From assembly GCA_026396115.1 (NCBI GenBank), contig JAPLXL010000002.1:5142-69141 (forward strand): a stretch of 64,000 nt of DNA, in the 5' to 3' direction. The number at the start of each line of letters is the position of its first letter. The stretch's first letter is position 1. Both the position numbers and the translations under genes were made by a program. The notes beneath the pieces are model-generated. The model made no database searches. It saw only the letters and a list, made by a program, of their open reading frames with translations, and was not told the DNA's origin. The stretch comes from Candidatus Nealsonbacteria bacterium. Lineage in GTDB: Bacteria; Patescibacteriota; Minisyncoccia; Minisyncoccales; RBG-13-42-11. Of the stretch, positions 23,448 to 31,811 are shown piece after piece.

Positions 23448-25175
23448 ATGATCAGAGAAGAAATTAAAAAATTAATAGAAAAATCAATCAAGGAACTGCA
23501 AAAAGATAAAAAATTGCCTAAATTTGATATTCCCGAAATTAAGATTGAACATCCAGAAGAGAAAGTTCACGGTGATTATTCAACAAATGTTGCAATGGTG
23601 ATTGCTAAATTAGTCAGAAAAAACCCAATAGAAATTGCCAAACTGATAAATTGGAAATTGGAAATTGGAAATTGGAAATTCCTCAATAAGATTGAGGCGG
23701 TAGAACCAGGCTTTATTAATTTTTTTCTTTCTAATTCGGTCTTAACGAAGGAGTTGAAAATAATCTTAAAAGAGAAAGAGAAATATGGTTCGAGCAAAGT
23801 CGGAAAGGGAAAAACTGTTATTATTGATTATTCTAGCCCTAACATTGCCAAGCCTTTTGGTATTGGCCATTTGAGATCAACAATTATCGGTCAGGCCTTG
23901 TATAATATTTATAAATTTTTAGGATGGAAATGTATTGGCGATAACCATCTCGGAGATTGGGGAACTCAATTTGGCAAGTTGATAGTCGCAATAAAAAAAT
24001 GGAGAATGAAAGACTTTTCGGTCCGAGAATTAGAAAATCTTTATGTGAAATTTCATAAGGAGGCAGAGAAAAATCCTAAATTGGAAGAGGAGGCGAGAAG
24101 GGAATTTAAAAATTTGGAAAAAGGAGAAAAGACAGCAAGGAAAACTTGGAAAAAATGTGTTGAAATTTCATTAAAAGAGTTTGATAAAGTTTACAAACTT
24201 ATTGGGATAAAAATTGATTATGCTTTGGGAGAAAGTTTTTACCAGGGAATGTTTGAGGCAGTTGTTCAAGAAACAATAAAAAAAGAAATTGCCTTAAAAA
24301 GCCAAGGAGCTTTAGTTATTAAATATCCTAAGGACAAGCTTCCTCCGGCAATGTTGTTAAAATCGGATGGGGCAACCACTTACTTAACCAGGGATTTGGC
24401 AACAGTAAAATACAGGTTAAAAAAGTGGAAGCCAGATTTAATTATTTACGAAGTCGGAGCAGATCAGAAATTACATCTAAAGCAACTTTTTGAAGCGGTG
24501 GAGCTTTTGGGCTGGGCGAAGAGAACAGAATTTTTCCATGTTGCTCATGGACTTTATCGAACAAAGACAGGAAAATTTTCCACCAGAAAGGGAAAAACAA
24601 TTCATTTGGAAGAGGTTTTGAAAGAAGCAATAGAAAAAACGAGAGAAATCATTGAAAAATCAGAAACAGGCCAAGAGCTGTCAAAAGAAGAGAAAGAAAA
24701 AATCGCTAAAATAGTTGGAATTGGAGCAGTAAAATACAACGATTTATTTCAACATTACAGCAAGGACATAATTTTTGATTGGGATAAAATTTTAAATTTA
24801 AAAGGAAATTCCGCTCCTTACTTACAATACACTTTTGCTCGTTGTCAAAGTGTTTTGAAGAAAGCTAAATTAGAAACCGAACCGGAAAAAGTTGAAGTTT
24901 TAACCTTTAATAAAGAAGAAAAAGATATTTTGAGGGAAATTTATAAATTTCCAGAAATAGTTAAAGAAGCAGCTGATAGATTTTCTTCAAATTTAATCTG
25001 CAACTTCATTTTTGATTTAGCCCAAAAATATAATCTTTTTTACAATTTGCATTCTATTATTAAAGCTCAACCTGCCGAATTAAAAATTTTTCGTTTAACC
25101 ATAACTGCTTGCGTTGCTCAAGTTTTAAAAAACACTTTGAATTTGATTGGAATTTCAGCGCCTGAAAAAATGTAA
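23448..25175 (+). CDS. argS: Arginine--tRNA ligase
   Basis: 575 aa with SSPNIAKPFGIGHLRS (HIGH region) and an ArgRS-type C-terminal anticodon-binding domain. Confidence 0.95.
   Translation: MIREEIKKLIEKSIKELQKDKKLPKFDIPEIKIEHPEEKVHGDYSTNVAMVIAKLVRKNPIEIAKLINWKLEIGNWKFLNKIEAVEPGFINFFLSNSVLTKELKIILKEKEKYGSSKVGKGKTVIIDYSSPNIAKPFGIGHLRSTIIGQALYNIYKFLGWKCIGDNHLGDWGTQFGKLIVAIKKWRMKDFSVRELENLYVKFHKEAEKNPKLEEEARREFKNLEKGEKTARKTWKKCVEISLKEFDKVYKLIGIKIDYALGESFYQGMFEAVVQETIKKEIALKSQGALVIKYPKDKLPPAMLLKSDGATTYLTRDLATVKYRLKKWKPDLIIYEVGADQKLHLKQLFEAVELLGWAKRTEFFHVAHGLYRTKTGKFSTRKGKTIHLEEVLKEAIEKTREIIEKSETGQELSKEEKEKIAKIVGIGAVKYNDLFQHYSKDIIFDWDKILNLKGNSAPYLQYTFARCQSVLKKAKLETEPEKVEVLTFNKEEKDILREIYKFPEIVKEAADRFSSNLICNFIFDLAQKYNLFYNLHSIIKAQPAELKIFRLTITACVAQVLKNTLNLIGISAPEKM
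23648..23682. repeat. Heptanucleotide tandem array (AAATTGG x4 + AAATTCC) inside argS
   Basis: Read directly. Encodes NWKLEIGNWKF. Confidence 0.9.
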
Positions 25176-25179
25176 TTTT

Positions 25180-25776
25180 ATGCGTAATCAATACTATATT
25201 ATTCGCCACGGTCATTATTTAGGAAACACAAAAAATATTGCCTCTTGTTGGCCGGAAAAATCACTGCTTCCTTTAACTAAAAAAGGAAAACAAGAAATTA
25301 AAGAGGTAGCTAAAAAAATTAAGAACAAGAAGATTGATTTAATTTTTTCTTCGGACTTATTGAGGACAAAACAAACCGCTGAAATTATCGGAAAGGAATT
25401 AGGTATAAAGCCGAAAACTGACAAGAGATTAAGAGAGGATAATGTCGGAATTTTTAATGAAAAATTAATAGATGAAATTGGTAGATTTTGGGATAAAGAA
25501 AGAAAGCTTTCGCCTTTAGAATATTACAAAAAGAGATTTCAAATTGCTCCTCCCCAAGGAGAAACCTATACCGATGTAGAAGAAAGACTATCTAATTTTA
25601 TAAAAGAAACTGAAAAAAAATATAAGGGTAAGAATATTTTAATTGTTGGTCATAGGCGTCCCCTGACCTTATTAGAGAAAGTAACGTATAATCATAGTTT
25701 TAAAAAATTTGTAAAAATTATTATTGAAAAAAAAGAAATAAAAACAGGAGAATTGAGAAAATTAAAATTAAAATGA
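25180..25776 (+). CDS. Histidine phosphatase family protein (phosphoglycerate mutase-like)
   Basis: YIIRHGH catalytic motif at the N-terminus. Start at ATG 25180 avoids overlap with argS. Confidence 0.75.
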   Translation: MRNQYYIIRHGHYLGNTKNIASCWPEKSLLPLTKKGKQEIKEVAKKIKNKKIDLIFSSDLLRTKQTAEIIGKELGIKPKTDKRLREDNVGIFNEKLIDEIGRFWDKERKLSPLEYYKKRFQIAPPQGETYTDVEERLSNFIKETEKKYKGKNILIVGHRRPLTLLEKVTYNHSFKKFVKIIIEKKEIKTGELRKLKLK

Positions 25777-25780
25777 CGTT

Positions 25781-28678
25781 ATGGATAAGCTTTCTGAAAT
25801 AGAAAAAAAAGTATTAAATTTTTGGGAAAGGAACAAAATATTTGAGAAATCAATCAAAGAAAGAAAAGGAAAGCCTTTTTTCAGCTTTTATGACGGTCCC
25901 CCTTTTGCTACTGGTATTCCTCATTACGGCCACATTTTAGCGACGACCATAAAGGACACGGTTTTGCGCTACTGGACGATGAAAGGATATCAGGTCCCCA
26001 GAAGGGTTGGTTGGGACTGCCACGGCCTTCCGGTTGAAAATCTGATAGAAAAAGAATTGGGGATAAAAAGCAAAAGAGAGATTGAAGATCTGGGAATTGA
26101 AAAGTTCAACAAGCTCTGCAGAGATTCGGTCTTCAGATGCGTCAAGGAATTTGAAGTCACCCTAAAGAGAGTGGGCCGATGGGCCGACTACAAAAACTAT
26201 TATGCCACTCTGGACAACGACTATATTGAATCGGTCTGGTGGGTTTTCAGCCAGCTGTGGAAAGAAGGGCTGATCTACAAAGATTACAGAGTTAGTCCCT
26301 ATTGTCCCAGATGCGGTACTCCTCTTTCAAACTTTGAGGTTAATCAAGGATACAAAGACGTTAAGGACAATTCGATTTATGTAAAATTCAGGGTTAAGAG
26401 TTCCCGATTCAAAGGTTCCTATCTTTTGGCCTGGACCACGACTCCCTGGACTCTTCCCGGGAACGTCGCCTTAGCGGTTGACCCCAAAGCCAGCTACCTT
26501 TTGGTAAAAGAAGATGGGGAATCGCTGATTTTGGCTAAAGCCCGACTGTCCGTGCTTAAGGGAAAATATAAGATAATAAAGAAACTTAGGGGAAAAGAAT
26601 TGAAAGGCCTAAGATATGACCCCTTGTTTAACTGTTTAAGCGGAGTCCAAAATATTGAAAATGCTTTCCAAATTCTGCCAGCTTCCTTTGTTTCGACCAA
26701 CGAGGGGACGGGAATTGTCCACACTGCGGTGATGTACGGCGAAGATGACTTTCGCCTGGGCAGAAAGTATAATCTGCCTGCGCATCATACGGTTGACGAA
26801 TCGGGAAAGTTCAAGAAAGAGGTAGAGAAGTGGGCGGGCTGCTTTGTCAAGGACACAGAAGGAGAGATTACTGAGGATTTGAGTAAAAGAGGGCTTTTAT
26901 ACAAAAAAGAGGTTATCTTGCATTCTTATCCTTTTTGCTGGAGGTGCGATACGCCTCTGCTTTACTATGCTCTTAATACTTGGTATATTGGCGTTTCCAA
27001 AATTAAAAAGAACTTAATTGAAAATAACAAGAAGATCCGTTGGGTTCCGTCTCATATTAAAAGCGGAAGGTTTGGCAAATGGTTGAAGACTGCCAGGGAT
27101 TGGGCGTTTTCCAGGAATCGCTTCTGGGGCGCTCCGATTCCAATTTGGCAATGTAGAAAATGCGGAGAGTATAAGTGTATTGGCAGCACAAAAGAACTCG
27201 GCGTTAAATTAAAGGATTTGCATCGTCCGTATATTGATAAGATTGAACTAAAATGTAAGTGCGGTAGTAAAATGAAAAGAGTAGAGGAGGTTTTTGACTG
27301 CTGGTTTGAATCAGGGTCCATGCCCTATGCCCAAAGGCATTATCCTTTTGAAAACAAGAAGCTGGTTGAAAGCACATTTCCGGCCGATTTTATTGCCGAA
27401 GGACTGGACCAGACCAGGGGCTGGTTTTATACTCTCCACGTTCTCTCCTCAGCCCTTACTTTGAAAGATAGGGGGCTGGGAAAAAACAAGCCCGCCTTCA
27501 AAAATTCTATTGTCAACGGGATGATTTTAGATTCCCTGGGAAGAAAGCTAAGTAAAAAATTGAGCAATTATCCCGAAACTGGCGAAGTTTTTGAAAAGTA
27601 CGGGGCAGACTCCTTAAGGTATTTCCTTCTCTCTTCTACTCCGATAGGCGAGGATTATCTTTTCTCGGCCAAGGGAGTTGAAGACGCTTACCGAAAGGTT
27701 ATTTCTACTTTATGGCACAGTTATTCCTTCTTCGTAACCTATAAAGACAAGAACTTTAAGCCCAAGCACAGTTTCAAGGTTAATGATGAATTGAACAAAT
27801 GGATTCTTTCAAGACTCAATGCGACAAACAAAGAGGTCTCCTATTGGATGGATAGATACGAGCTTACCAGGGGATCCAGGCTTTTCACAAAATTCATGGA
27901 CGACCTTTCCAACTGGTATATCAGAAGGTCAAGAAGAAAATTCCAAAGAGCCAATAGTCATCGAGAGGGCGAAGAGGATAAATCCTCTTCTTCCCCCTTC
28001 GCTGCGGATCGGGAAAAAGAAGAAGCGTCGCAGGTCCTTTATCAAAGTCTGATGGTTTTGTGCAAAATGATGGCGCCTTTTACTCCTTTTGTGAGTGAAT
28101 ATATTTATCGAGCTCTAAAAATAAAGAAAGATCCGGAATCGGTCCATCTCTGTAATTATCCCAAACCCTTAAAGAGGCTTATTAATCCTGGACTAGAGAA
28201 GATGATGAAAAAAACAAGAGGGATTGTTGTTCTGGCTTTGGCTGAAAGAGCTAAAACAGGGATTAAGGTTCGTCAGCCGTTAAATAAATTGCGAATTGCG
28301 AATTATGAATTACAGAGAGAGAAAAAATTACTGGAGTTGATCAAGGACGAAGTAAATGTAAAAGAAATTAGTTTTGGCAAAACATTAAAATTGGACACTA
28401 AAATTACGCCAGAGCTTAAAGAAGAAGGCATAATTAGAGAAATTATCCGCCAAATTCAGGAAATGAGAAAGATGGCAGGTTATACACCAAAAGATATGAT
28501 TTCAATTCAATTTGATGGTTCGGAAAAGATAGCAGATATTTTAATAAAAAATAAAAATAAAATTATGGTGGAAACAAAGTCCCGAGATTTAAAATTGGGT
28601 AGGAAGGAGAAATTTAAAATTGAAAAAGAAGTAAAGGTCGACAATGAAAATTTATGGTTAGCAATTTTTAAAATTTAA
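25781..28678 (+). CDS. ileS: Isoleucine--tRNA ligase
   Basis: 965 aa with PFATGIPHYGH (HIGH), KLSKKLSN (KMSKS-like) and a CP1 editing domain. In-frame repeat at 27967-28013. Confidence 0.95.
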   Translation: MDKLSEIEKKVLNFWERNKIFEKSIKERKGKPFFSFYDGPPFATGIPHYGHILATTIKDTVLRYWTMKGYQVPRRVGWDCHGLPVENLIEKELGIKSKREIEDLGIEKFNKLCRDSVFRCVKEFEVTLKRVGRWADYKNYYATLDNDYIESVWWVFSQLWKEGLIYKDYRVSPYCPRCGTPLSNFEVNQGYKDVKDNSIYVKFRVKSSRFKGSYLLAWTTTPWTLPGNVALAVDPKASYLLVKEDGESLILAKARLSVLKGKYKIIKKLRGKELKGLRYDPLFNCLSGVQNIENAFQILPASFVSTNEGTGIVHTAVMYGEDDFRLGRKYNLPAHHTVDESGKFKKEVEKWAGCFVKDTEGEITEDLSKRGLLYKKEVILHSYPFCWRCDTPLLYYALNTWYIGVSKIKKNLIENNKKIRWVPSHIKSGRFGKWLKTARDWAFSRNRFWGAPIPIWQCRKCGEYKCIGSTKELGVKLKDLHRPYIDKIELKCKCGSKMKRVEEVFDCWFESGSMPYAQRHYPFENKKLVESTFPADFIAEGLDQTRGWFYTLHVLSSALTLKDRGLGKNKPAFKNSIVNGMILDSLGRKLSKKLSNYPETGEVFEKYGADSLRYFLLSSTPIGEDYLFSAKGVEDAYRKVISTLWHSYSFFVTYKDKNFKPKHSFKVNDELNKWILSRLNATNKEVSYWMDRYELTRGSRLFTKFMDDLSNWYIRRSRRKFQRANSHREGEEDKSSSSPFAADREKEEASQVLYQSLMVLCKMMAPFTPFVSEYIYRALKIKKDPESVHLCNYPKPLKRLINPGLEKMMKKTRGIVVLALAERAKTGIKVRQPLNKLRIANYELQREKKLLELIKDEVNVKEISFGKTLKLDTKITPELKEEGIIREIIRQIQEMRKMAGYTPKDMISIQFDGSEKIADILIKNKNKIMVETKSRDLKLGRKEKFKIEKEVKVDNENLWLAIFKI
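27967..28013. repeat. Family A type A1 element, in-frame in ileS
   Basis: GGGCGAAGAGGATAAATCCTCTTCTTCCCCCTTCGCTGCGGATCGGG. Confidence 0.92.
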
Positions 28679-29055
28679 TGGCATTATTTGAAAAAAAACA
28701 ACAACTAGACCAAGAAGGCTTAAAAGGGAAACCAGAGAAAATACCGCCACCAAAAGAAGAAAAAAGAGATACTTCGGTATACGGAGAAAAGCCATCTCTT
28801 AAACGAGGTGAGGTTAGGGAATGGTTAAGAAGAGATGAAATTTATAAAATTGTTCCCCGGCCAAAAGAAAAAAGAGCTCAATTGGAAAAAGAATTATTCG
28901 GTCCAGAATCCGGAAAATATGGCTCCCTTATTGAAAGAGCGAAAAAAGAACCAGAGCGGTTATTAAATGAAATAGAAACGGGTAAAGTTAAACCGCCAGC
29001 CGGCCTCACAAAACATCAGGCTAAGAGTTTATTGAAAAAATTTTTAGGCAAATAG
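28678..29055 (+). CDS. Hypothetical lysine/glutamate-rich protein
   Basis: 125-aa ORF coupled to the ileS stop (TAATG overlap). No recognisable motif. Confidence 0.45.
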   Translation: MALFEKKQQLDQEGLKGKPEKIPPPKEEKRDTSVYGEKPSLKRGEVREWLRRDEIYKIVPRPKEKRAQLEKELFGPESGKYGSLIERAKKEPERLLNEIETGKVKPPAGLTKHQAKSLLKKFLGK

Positions 29056-29063
29056 TTTTTTTA

Positions 29064-29840
29064 ATGTTCACCCATTACAGAACCCAAGGTTTTATTTTGA
29101 AAAAAAATGACCGAGGAGAATCCAATCAATTATTGACTATTTATACTAAAGATTTTGGCAAATTGGAAATATTGGGCAGAGCAATCAGAAAAATTTCTTC
29201 AAAATTGAGGTCAGGCGCCGAACTTTTTTATTTATCTGAAATTGAGTTTATTCAGGGCAAAACCCACAAAACCTTGACGGATGCGATTTTAATTAACAAT
29301 TTTAAAAACCTAAGAAAAGATTTAACGAGATTAACTATTACCTACAAAATTTCAGAAGTTTTTGATAGATTAGTAAGTGGTCAGGAGTCCGATAAAAAAC
29401 TCTGGCAATTATTAAACGAAACATTCACTAAATTAAACGATTGTCAATCGTCAATTACCGAAGCTTCAACTGAGGTGAAGAAGAAGGAATCTTCTTCGAC
29501 TGTCGATTGTCAATTGTTATATCATTATTTCCTCTGGAACTTCCTTTCTTTATTGGGTTATCAATCGGGGTTTTATCGTTGTTCTTTGTGTCAAAAGAGA
29601 TTGTTCCCGGAGAAACTTTATTTTAGCGCGAAAGAAGGGGGAATAATTTGCAGCCAGTGTCAAAAAAAAACAAAGTCAGAAACCTTAATTGTTTTTCCCG
29701 ACATAGTCAAAATAATTAGAATTTTATTAAAAAAAGATTGGACCTTTTTAGGAAAGTTAAAAGTTGAAATTAAAGACCTTAATTCGTTAAGAACAATTTC
29801 TAATTATTACCTTTCTGAAGTTTTGGAACAAGTTGAATAA
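29064..29840 (+). CDS. recO: DNA repair protein RecO
   Basis: N-terminal OB-fold pattern (GFILKKNDRGESNQLLTIYTKDFGK) and a C-terminal zinc motif CSLC...CSQC. In-frame repeat at 29448-29502. Confidence 0.85.
   Translation: MFTHYRTQGFILKKNDRGESNQLLTIYTKDFGKLEILGRAIRKISSKLRSGAELFYLSEIEFIQGKTHKTLTDAILINNFKNLRKDLTRLTITYKISEVFDRLVSGQESDKKLWQLLNETFTKLNDCQSSITEASTEVKKKESSSTVDCQLLYHYFLWNFLSLLGYQSGFYRCSLCQKRLFPEKLYFSAKEGGIICSQCQKKTKSETLIVFPDIVKIIRILLKKDWTFLGKLKVEIKDLNSLRTISNYYLSEVLEQVE
29448..29502. repeat. Family A sub-module, in-frame in recO, flanked by a perfect 11-bp direct repeat
   Basis: ...TACCGAAGCTTCAACTGAGGTGAAGAAGAAGGAATCTTCTTCGAC... flanked by CGATTGTCAAT at 29437-29447 and 29503-29513. 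Confidence 0.88.
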
Positions 29841-29858
29841 TTTGCTAAGATGATTTAA

Positions 29859-30015
29859 GGCGAAGAGGACTTCGTCCGTCGAGTCAAAGACGAGACGAAA
29901 GAAGAAAAACTTTTCTTCGCACTCTTATTCACCTTCGCTTCCATAGTCGAAAGAGAATTTCATTCTCTTTCTCACCTTCGCTTCCTTCGGAAGCTCGGTA
30001 ATGGAAGCTCGGTAT
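29859..30015. repeat. Left inverted-repeat arm (family A2 with nested insertions)
   Basis: Positions 29860-29945 are the reverse complement of 31706-31791 (85/86 by hand alignment). A 54-nt extra family A module lies at 29946-29999. Confidence 0.9.
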
Positions 30016-31692
30016 ATGAAAAAATTTACTATTTTTGTCATTATTTTAACCGTGATAGTTGGGATTTTTGGTTTTTATTATTATCAAAGGAATATTTACT
30101 CAAAAGATATTTTAAGATTGGAAATTTTGGGCCAAGAAGAGACAGAGTTGCTTCAGGAGATTAAATATATTGTAAAGTATAAGAACAACGGAAACGTCAG
30201 GTTGGAAGAGCCGGAGCTCATTTTTGATTATCCTTCTTATTCTATACCCGCAGACGGAACGTCCTTAAGGGTTATTAAAAAATCGGAAGAATTGGGAGGA
30301 GTTATTTATCCCGGCCAGGAAAAAACTTTTACTTTTACAGCCAGGCTTATGGGCCGAGAGGGAGAAATTAAAGAGGCTCAAGTCACATTATCGTATCGAC
30401 CAAAGAATTTAAAAGCTCGTTATGAATCAAAAACTTCATTTACGACAATAATAAAAAAAGTTCCTCTCAATTTTGATTTTGATTTGTCTGCAAAAATTGA
30501 GTCCGGAAAAGAATTAAAATTTAGGTTAAATTATTTCTCGAATGTAGATTATCCGCTTTCCGGCTTGACAATAATGATTGATTATCCTTCAGGTTTTGAA
30601 TTTATTGATTGTACCCCAAAATCTTTAGAAAAAACTGAATGGGATCTTGAGCTTTTGAATAAAGCTGAAGGAGGAAGAGTCGAAATCTCGGGTAAACTGA
30701 TAGGTGAAGTTGGGGAAGAAAAAGTTTTTCGAGCAAGAATAGGCACTTGGCAAGACGGCGAGTTTATTTTGTTAAGGGAAGCAGCCAGAGGAATAACCAT
30801 TATTAGACCGGCTTTATACATTACTCAGCAGATTAACAACAATCCTAAATTTATAGCCAGTCCCGGCAACTTGCTTCATTATGAAATTTTCTTTAAAAAT
30901 ATTGGTGAAGAATTTTTAAGCGATATGTTTTTGCTGGTCACTTTAACCGGTTCAGCCTTTGATTTTAAGACAGTTCAAGCGCCGGAAGGAGATTTTACTC
31001 CGGGAGACAATTCCATAATTTGGGATTGGAGAAAGGTAAGAGATCTCCAGCTTTTGCCCCCTCAATCAGAGGGCAAGATTGAGTTTTGGGTGAAATTGAA
31101 AGATGAATGGGAAATTAAAGGTTTAGAAGACAAAAATCCTGAAATTCTGAGCACAATTTTTTTAAGCCAAGTTAAAGAAGAATTTGTCAATAAGGTTAAT
31201 TCAAAATTAATTGTTTCGCAAAAAGGATACTTTAGCGATGAAGTTTTTGGAAATGTCGGCCCTTTTCCTCCTAAGATTGGAGAAACCACAACTTATACAA
31301 TTATTTGGCAGGTTAAGAACTATTATAACGAGATGAAAGATGTAAAAGTCAAAGCCACTCTGCCCAAAAATGTAAATTTAACCGGTAAAATTTTCCCCGA
31401 AGCAGAAGTTGACAAAATTACTTTTGATTCGCAATCCCGGGAGATAGTTTGGAATGTTGGCGATTTAATGGTTGGACAAGGAGTTTTAAATCAGGGTCCC
31501 AATATTTCTTTCCAGATCGCTTTTTTGCCTGAAGAAAATCAAAAAGGAGAAACTCCGGAATTAATTAGTCAAGCAAAAATTATTGGTCAAGACCAATGGA
31601 CCGGCGAAATCCTCCAGTCTACAGCTTCTTTCATTGACACAACTCTGCAAGACGACCAAGCCATTGCTCCCGGCTCAGGAGTTGTTCAATAA
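30016..31692 (+). CDS. Membrane-anchored multi-beta-sandwich (CARDB/DUF11-like) surface protein, bracketed by inverted repeats
   Basis: N-terminal TM helix (FTIFVIILTVIVGIFGFYYY) followed by repetitive beta-rich segments. Start set at ATG 30016, since the upstream 5 codons are repeat DNA. Confidence 0.6.
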   Translation: MKKFTIFVIILTVIVGIFGFYYYQRNIYSKDILRLEILGQEETELLQEIKYIVKYKNNGNVRLEEPELIFDYPSYSIPADGTSLRVIKKSEELGGVIYPGQEKTFTFTARLMGREGEIKEAQVTLSYRPKNLKARYESKTSFTTIIKKVPLNFDFDLSAKIESGKELKFRLNYFSNVDYPLSGLTIMIDYPSGFEFIDCTPKSLEKTEWDLELLNKAEGGRVEISGKLIGEVGEEKVFRARIGTWQDGEFILLREAARGITIIRPALYITQQINNNPKFIASPGNLLHYEIFFKNIGEEFLSDMFLLVTLTGSAFDFKTVQAPEGDFTPGDNSIIWDWRKVRDLQLLPPQSEGKIEFWVKLKDEWEIKGLEDKNPEILSTIFLSQVKEEFVNKVNSKLIVSQKGYFSDEVFGNVGPFPPKIGETTTYTIIWQVKNYYNEMKDVKVKATLPKNVNLTGKIFPEAEVDKITFDSQSREIVWNVGDLMVGQGVLNQGPNISFQIAFLPEENQKGETPELISQAKIIGQDQWTGEILQSTASFIDTTLQDDQAIAPGSGVVQ

Positions 31693-31791
31693 CCGAGCTT
31701 CCATTTATGGAAGCGAAGGTGAAGAAGAGTGCGAAGAAAAGTTTTTCTTCTTTCGTCTCGTCTTTGACTCGACGGACGAAGTCCTCTTCGC
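31691..31791. repeat. Right inverted-repeat arm (family A2 with one nested insertion)
   Basis: See the left arm. It starts inside the stop codon of the bracketed gene. Confidence 0.9.
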
Positions 31792-31811
31792 TAAAGGTTA
31801 AAATAAAATCA

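Noticed and set aside
23648-23682. Possibility that the short tandem and hairpin repeats represent a CRISPR array.
   Set aside because: Units are 7 nt with no spacers. Family A/B copies are dispersed rather than regularly spaced, lie inside genes, and no cas genes are present.
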